A stretch of 64,000 nt of DNA, taken from the NCBI GenBank assembly GCA_965153285.1, contig OZ229111.1; one strand, given 5' to 3'. Shown piece after piece: positions 59,147-64,000 of the stretch. Under the pieces are notes generated by a model. That model ran no database searches, had not been told where the DNA came from, and worked only from the letters and a program-made list of their open reading frames with translations. Every line of letters begins with the position of its first letter. Within the stretch, counting starts at the first letter, position 1. This stretch comes from Podarcis tiliguerta (lineage: Eukaryota). The position numbers were made by a program, and so were the translations under genes.

Positions 59147-62100
59147 AAGAGCCAGAGTCTCCGACCTGAGAGCCAAGGCAGACCCCTCCCTCCCCTCGCA
59201 GCTGGAAGAAGAATTCTGCGATGAAAGGCTATGGAGAGAGACAGGAGATTGCCGCTTCTCTTCCGGCACGGGAGGCCCTCCGCCAAGAAGCCATCCATGG
59301 TGAGGAGGGTCTTTCTGTGGCTCTTTCCTCAGGTCTCCCTCAGAAATATTGGGCAAGGGAGTCCAGGGGGATCTTCACTTTCTTAAAGCATAGGGAGGGA
59401 GGGAGTGCCTGGGCGATCTGCTGGGAAATGGGTCCTTCTCCCTCCCAAGGGGAGCCTGCAACCTTTGAGTTCTCAAAAATGGCCAGGAGATAATTTTTCT
59501 CCAAACAAGACCCAGAATGGCAGTGGTGACCTTGGAGCTTTCAAATTCCAGTGCCACCCTGTGCAACTCCTCCCCTCCCCCAGCCAACTGCCGCCTCTTG
59601 CGCTCTGTTCTACAGCATTGTTTTGGCACCCCTTGCAGTGCGGCGCCCAGCGTGGCCACACCGGTCATGCCGCCCTAAAGTCACCAGAGCTACTGGTTGC
59701 TTCCTGGTGTCCAGGCTGGCAAATGGCCATAGCTCAGTGTGCAGCACTTGCCTTGCCTGCATGAGCCCCAAGTGCAGTAGCATCTCCAGGATGGCCTGGG
59801 AAGGAAAGACTCCCTTCCTGAGGTGCTGGAGAGTCACCTGCTGGACAGTGTGGAGGTCACTTTGGGCCAAGGAGGACCCCACCAATGGCCACTCTTTTGG
59901 CTCTGCTCCCAGTTCAGGAGGAGAGCAGGATCCATCTCTCCTTGTCAGGCAGAGCCCAAGTCTTTTTGGAAAGAACAACCCGCTTTAGCTGCCTCTTTTC
60001 CAGACCCTGCTGGGATTCAGCCTCTACCTAACCTTCTTCCCCTTCTGCCCTCTTTGCACAGAGCTGTTTATGACAGAGGCCTCCCATCTGCACTCACTGC
60101 ACATTCATATTGCTCCCCTTAAGGCCCTTTCCACCTGGCCCAGGGGGCTGGGCCCACACTCACCAGCCCCACTGAAGAGGCTCCTCATGAGGCCAGAGGA
60201 ACATCGCCTGGCTATTGTTTTATTGATTGATTTACTTAATATGCTGTAAACCGCTTTGAGTTTTTCAGTAAAAATATAAAGCGGTATAGAAATTTAAAAA
60301 TAAAGAAATTCTGGTGGTCCTGTTTTACCAGTGGATGTATCAGGATAAACTCCAATCACAGGAGGAGCTGTCCCCAATCTACGAGAACTCCTTAAGATCC
60401 ATAGTAAGTCTGCTTCCCCTCCAGACTGGTCCCCATTCTGTGGCTGGCCCAGGCCTCTGCTTCTTCCTGGGTGGGTCAGGAGCAGAGGGAGAAGGGACAA
60501 AAATAGAAGCACAGCACCCAGAGAGCTCTGCCGCAAGATCAGGCCCAAGGGGCCCAGTTAGACCTGCAGCCTGTTTTCAGGGGGGCCCACAAGCAGCAGG
60601 GCAGGAGTGCAAGCACAGTGCCCCCCCCCAGGAATGGGGATTGTTCAGAGGCATCCTTGGGCAGGGGAGGATGGAGGTGGCAGCCAGTTGCTGCCTCTAA
60701 GCCTAACCTACCTCACAGGGTTGTGAGGATTAAATGAGAAGGGAATCCATGGACACCCTCTTAAGCTCCTTGGAGGATAAGGTGGGGTGTAAATGACATA
60801 AATAAATGAGATTCCTGGTCTCTCCAGCACTGAGAAAGTGGTATTAAAAAAAGAGCAGGCCGTCTCCATCCCCCTCCTGTCCCTGCTGGGGTTGTTCTTT
60901 ATTCCCCCACTCCCATTGCCTTGCTCAACCTCCCCTCCCGTGTTTCTTCCCTCTCCTCCTAGGTTCTTTGTTGGGGAAAATGAAGGATCTGCAGGAGAAA
61001 GGGCCTCTCATTCACAGGTAAGGATCCCAGAGCAGGGCGGAGAGGCTGGTGGCAACTGGGAGGGGGTTGCTTGTGGGTCTCCAGTGGACTTTGGCCCTTG
61101 ATTTCCTGATGCTCACCAGGCGTGTTTCCGCTCCCCTGCCCCCCTCCTGCCTTCCTTCCCGCCAGTTTGGTGTGGCTGCAAGTGAGGAGCTCCGGCAGGC
61201 CACCCTGAAGTGCAGCTTGCAGCAGGCCAGGGCCCTGGAGATCCTTAAAATGAAGTAGCAGAGGGATGCTCGGTTCTGGCGTGTCATCCAGGTAAGCTGT
61301 GTGAGAAGAGGAGGCTGAGCTCACGGTAGGGGCCTTCTCAGCTGCTAGCTGGCCACTGTCCGGGGGGGGGGGCTCTTTTCCCATGCGAGGGGAGGGGCAG
61401 GAGGCCTGTCCTCTTCTCCCTGCTGCCCACTCCCTGGGCAAATGCAAACGTGCAGGAGAACTAGCCAGATGGTGTAGGTTAGGGGGTAACCCCAATCTCC
61501 AGGTGGTGCGAGATTGCAGGGGTTCTGGGGGCTTTCCCTGGGTTTGGTGTCCTTGGAATGAGGGGCAGCCTTCTGTTCTGACAGCAGCAACCCACCTGCC
61601 CCAACAGAGAATTCCCTAAGCAGGCAGGAGCTGAGCAGCAAGGCTCACCCCACTGGTTTTGCTGCTTGTGACCCTGGAGGTGGCTGACTTTCTCTGGTGT
61701 CCAGAAACATGTTGTCTGCTTTCTTCTTTCCCTTTCCCTGGAAATTGAGAGCAGCCCTGAATGCCACGACCACCAACTGACCGATTTCCTGGATTGTGAG
61801 ATGCAGTGCCGGGCCAGTTACCCTCTGCTGCTGAATAAGATCATCCAGCGCACCAATGGTATAGCTCTCTTTCTCCATGTCTTTGTGTGGTGGGGAGGGT
61901 GTCCCAGGAGAGCTGCATCTCTCCATGATTCCATGTTGATATGCTTTCTATTTTTGGGAGATTGTGAGCTGCATTGAGCCTGCCTTACTAGGGTAAGCCA
62001 GCACTTAAGAGGGTGATGGGGGGGGAGACGATGCTCTGTGTTTATACAACCCCCATCTGCTTGCATTAGTGCCCCCTGAGGCTGTAGGGCATAGGTGTTG

Positions 62101-62641
62101 TTCAGCAGCCCACTTTGTTCCTACCAGCAAACAAGGATCTGTTTGCCTTATGCATCTGGGCTGCTGCTGCTCATCTGCCTTCCAGACCTGTTTGCTTTTA
62201 AATGCAGCCTTGCTCCTAGTTTGTGCTGGGAGTTGCTTTAAATAAAACCAACTTTGCAGGCAGCCTCTGTGCCCCACTCTCTCTCTTTGCACCTTCCTCG
62301 CTCAGAGTCAACCTATGAGCACCAGTATCTCTGCCTGGCCCGCAATGAGGTCAAGGAGATCCTGGAAGACATTCAGGATTGGCAGGCAGAGAACCACTGG
62401 CAGCTGCAAGTCTACCAACAGACTTGCCTGGACGACCGATCTCTGTGCAAGAGCAGCCAGCCACTGGCCAGGTAGTTCCAGGTAGAGCCTCCCCTTCACC
62501 CTCCCCTCCGATCCCTGGCCTTGTCCCGCTCTTCCCCTCTGTGAATTGCTGCCTTTTTTCTGCCCCTGCTGTGCAAAACCTTGACCTTATGGAGCACCAG
62601 CTAATCCAGGAGGGGCGTCTGCAGCAAAAAGAAGACTGTGG
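59147..62641 (+). pseudogene. Non-processed pseudogene of an RGS-RhoGEF (ARHGEF11/PDZ-RhoGEF-like), DH domain and start of PH domain
   Basis: Exon remnants 59147-59299, 60062-60106+60312-60403, 60963-61017, 61166-61291, 61741-61858, 62306-62481, 62577-62641 translate to REALRQEAIH|ELFMTEASHLHSLHIL-VVLFYQWMYQDKLQSQEEL/PNLRELLKIH|SSLLGKMKDLQEKGPLIH|FGVAASEELRQATLKCSLQQARALEILKMK*QRDARFWRVIQ|EIESSPECHDHQLTDFLDCEMQCRASYPLLLNKIIQRTN|ESTYEHQYLCLARNEVKEILE...SSQPLAR*FQ|NLDLMEHQLIQEGRL/SKKKTV. This is colinear with the ARHGEF11 DH-PH sequence as recalled, with multiple stops, frameshifts and broken acceptors. Confidence 0.88.
60107..60311 (+). mobile_element. Short retroposon (L2-type 3' tail) inserted into a pseudo-exon
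   Basis: Interrupts the codons ATT C|TG; ends in tgtaaaccgctttgag...aaagcggtatagaaat...aataaa; attc repeated on both sides. Confidence 0.7.
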
Positions 62642-63052
62642 GTAAGTGGAAGAAAAAAACCTCTCCTGCTAAGACACACCCACGTGTCCACTTTTGGAAT
62701 CATAATTCTTTTTTTGCAAATATGGGACATTCTGTAAGATGTCCATTATCAACAGTGTAAATGACTTTAGCCACTTTATCTTATTTCCTTACATTTATAT
62801 CCCACCTTTCTCCCATCATTGAACCGAAGGTGGCATGCATGCAGTTCCCAGGTCACCTCATCTAAGCCTTGACTGGACCCAGACCTGCGTAGCTTCAACA
62901 TACAAAGTGGTCTCATGTGCTCTCAGATCATACCCTGGGACTGTATCATTTGTAACTTAAATGTGCAAATTGCCCACTCCCAACTACTATTTTCTAGAAC
63001 AGTATTGCTTATGCAGATTTGTTTCAATCTGCATTTGGGAATTCAGCACTAC

Positions 63053-64000
63053 CTTTCTTTTTTCTTAAAAATATTTTTTATTAATCATAGAGTCTTTTTT
63101 TAAAATAGATCAGTTACATTCGAAGTGTGTGGGGGGGTTGATTTTTGGATCAGGTTTGCCATATTAATTCATATGCTGTCAGCAGATTCTTGTTGTTGTC
63201 GTGTTGGGCTGTGTATATGATGAAGAGGAACCATACTGGGGTGAAGGCACGCTCTTTTAATTGTCCCCAGGTCAGTTTCAGCCTGCTGGTTAGCTTTTCT
63301 AGTAAGGGTGTTTCCCATATGATTTAGTGCCAATGATCCATGTTCACTCCTGACAGGTCTCTCCAGTGTCTGGCTATGGTGCTTCTGGCTGCTGAGAATA
63401 GGTGGGTTATAAGCTCTTTATAATGTGAGTGGGCATTATATTGGAAAATGTTCAATAGGGCCAGTTCTGGGGTGACTTCTAATACCTGTTTAGTTATTTT
63501 GTATATTTATTGTAGGACTGCTGCCCCAAAGGGTCGGATTATGGGACATTCCCACCGTATGTGTAGGTATGGGCCTGTAGAGGTGCAGCCACTCCACCAT
63601 TTTGGGGAGGTTCCTGGGTGTATCAGCACCAGTTTTGTGGCGTTAGGTACCATCTGTAAGCAAGTTTCAATGTGATATCCTTTATCAGATGAGATGGCTT
63701 TAAAGGGAGCTGTAGACCACATTCAAGTCCATTGGATAGGGTTCATTTCATAGCCTATGTCATGCTCTCATTGTTTTTTTATTGCATTGAGGGGGTTTGT
63801 GGGATTCTGAAGCAGTATTTTGTATATTATGGATACCAAGCCCCTGCCATATTCCTCTGCTGCCAGGAGAAAGTTTTTGAAGGTGGTCAAGGGCCAATGA
63901 CTACTGATTTTACTGTGGGATTGTTTAAAAAAGTGTGCAAGTTGGTGGTGTGTTAGCAAAGGTATATGAGTGTCCCCTATTTTGTCTTGTATTTCTTGTG
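63053..64000 (-). mobile_element. L1-clade LINE 3' portion (degenerate ORF2 C-terminus), continuing beyond the window
   Basis: Minus-strand ...PKWWSGCTSTGPYLHIRWECPIIRPF resembles the L1 cysteine-rich CxxC...HxxWxCP motif; T-rich + strand end near 63055-63100. Confidence 0.75.

Noticed and set aside
59770-59900. Exon-like GC-rich stretch and ORFs in the first pseudogene intron
   Set aside because: Resembles the body of the tRNA-SINE family seen at 13922 and 46135; no RhoGEF similarity.
61098-61120. DFLMLTR resembling ARHGEF11 DLMLAR
   Set aside because: It would leave only about 45 nt of intron before 61166 and has no clean donor; a good donor exists at 61018, so this is probably chance.
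56000-64000. KIF5A 3' exons expected from human synteny
   Set aside because: No kinesin-like translation was recognised; the gene may lie beyond the window.

Overview
Vertebrate genomic DNA, almost certainly from a squamate and probably a lacertid lizard, judging by the Sauria-type SINEs and the CR1, L2 and BovB landscape. Two intact genes lie in tandem on the minus strand, in the same order as at human 12q13. PIP4K2C has 10 coding exons (55781->20892, 402 aa). DTX3 has 4 coding exons (11205->902, 346 aa) plus several candidate alternative 5' exons and two CpG-rich promoter regions. The most notable item, largely missed by the ORF track, is a + strand intron-containing pseudogene at about 59147-62641, head-to-head with PIP4K2C. 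It encodes the DH and start of the PH domain of an RGS-RhoGEF closest to ARHGEF11/PDZ-RhoGEF. Seven exon remnants keep the expected peptide order and mostly compatible splice phases, but all carry lesions: two TAG stops, frameshifts, two dead splice acceptors and a retroposon inside an exon. Introns are rich in transposons: a young CR1 with an open RT frame, five same-orientation TA-flanked MITEs with hypervariable interiors, hAT MITEs with 8-bp TSDs, Sauria SINEs, tRNA-Lys/CR1 SINEs, and L2, L1 and BovB fragments. Comparisons with human proteins are from memory, not database searches.
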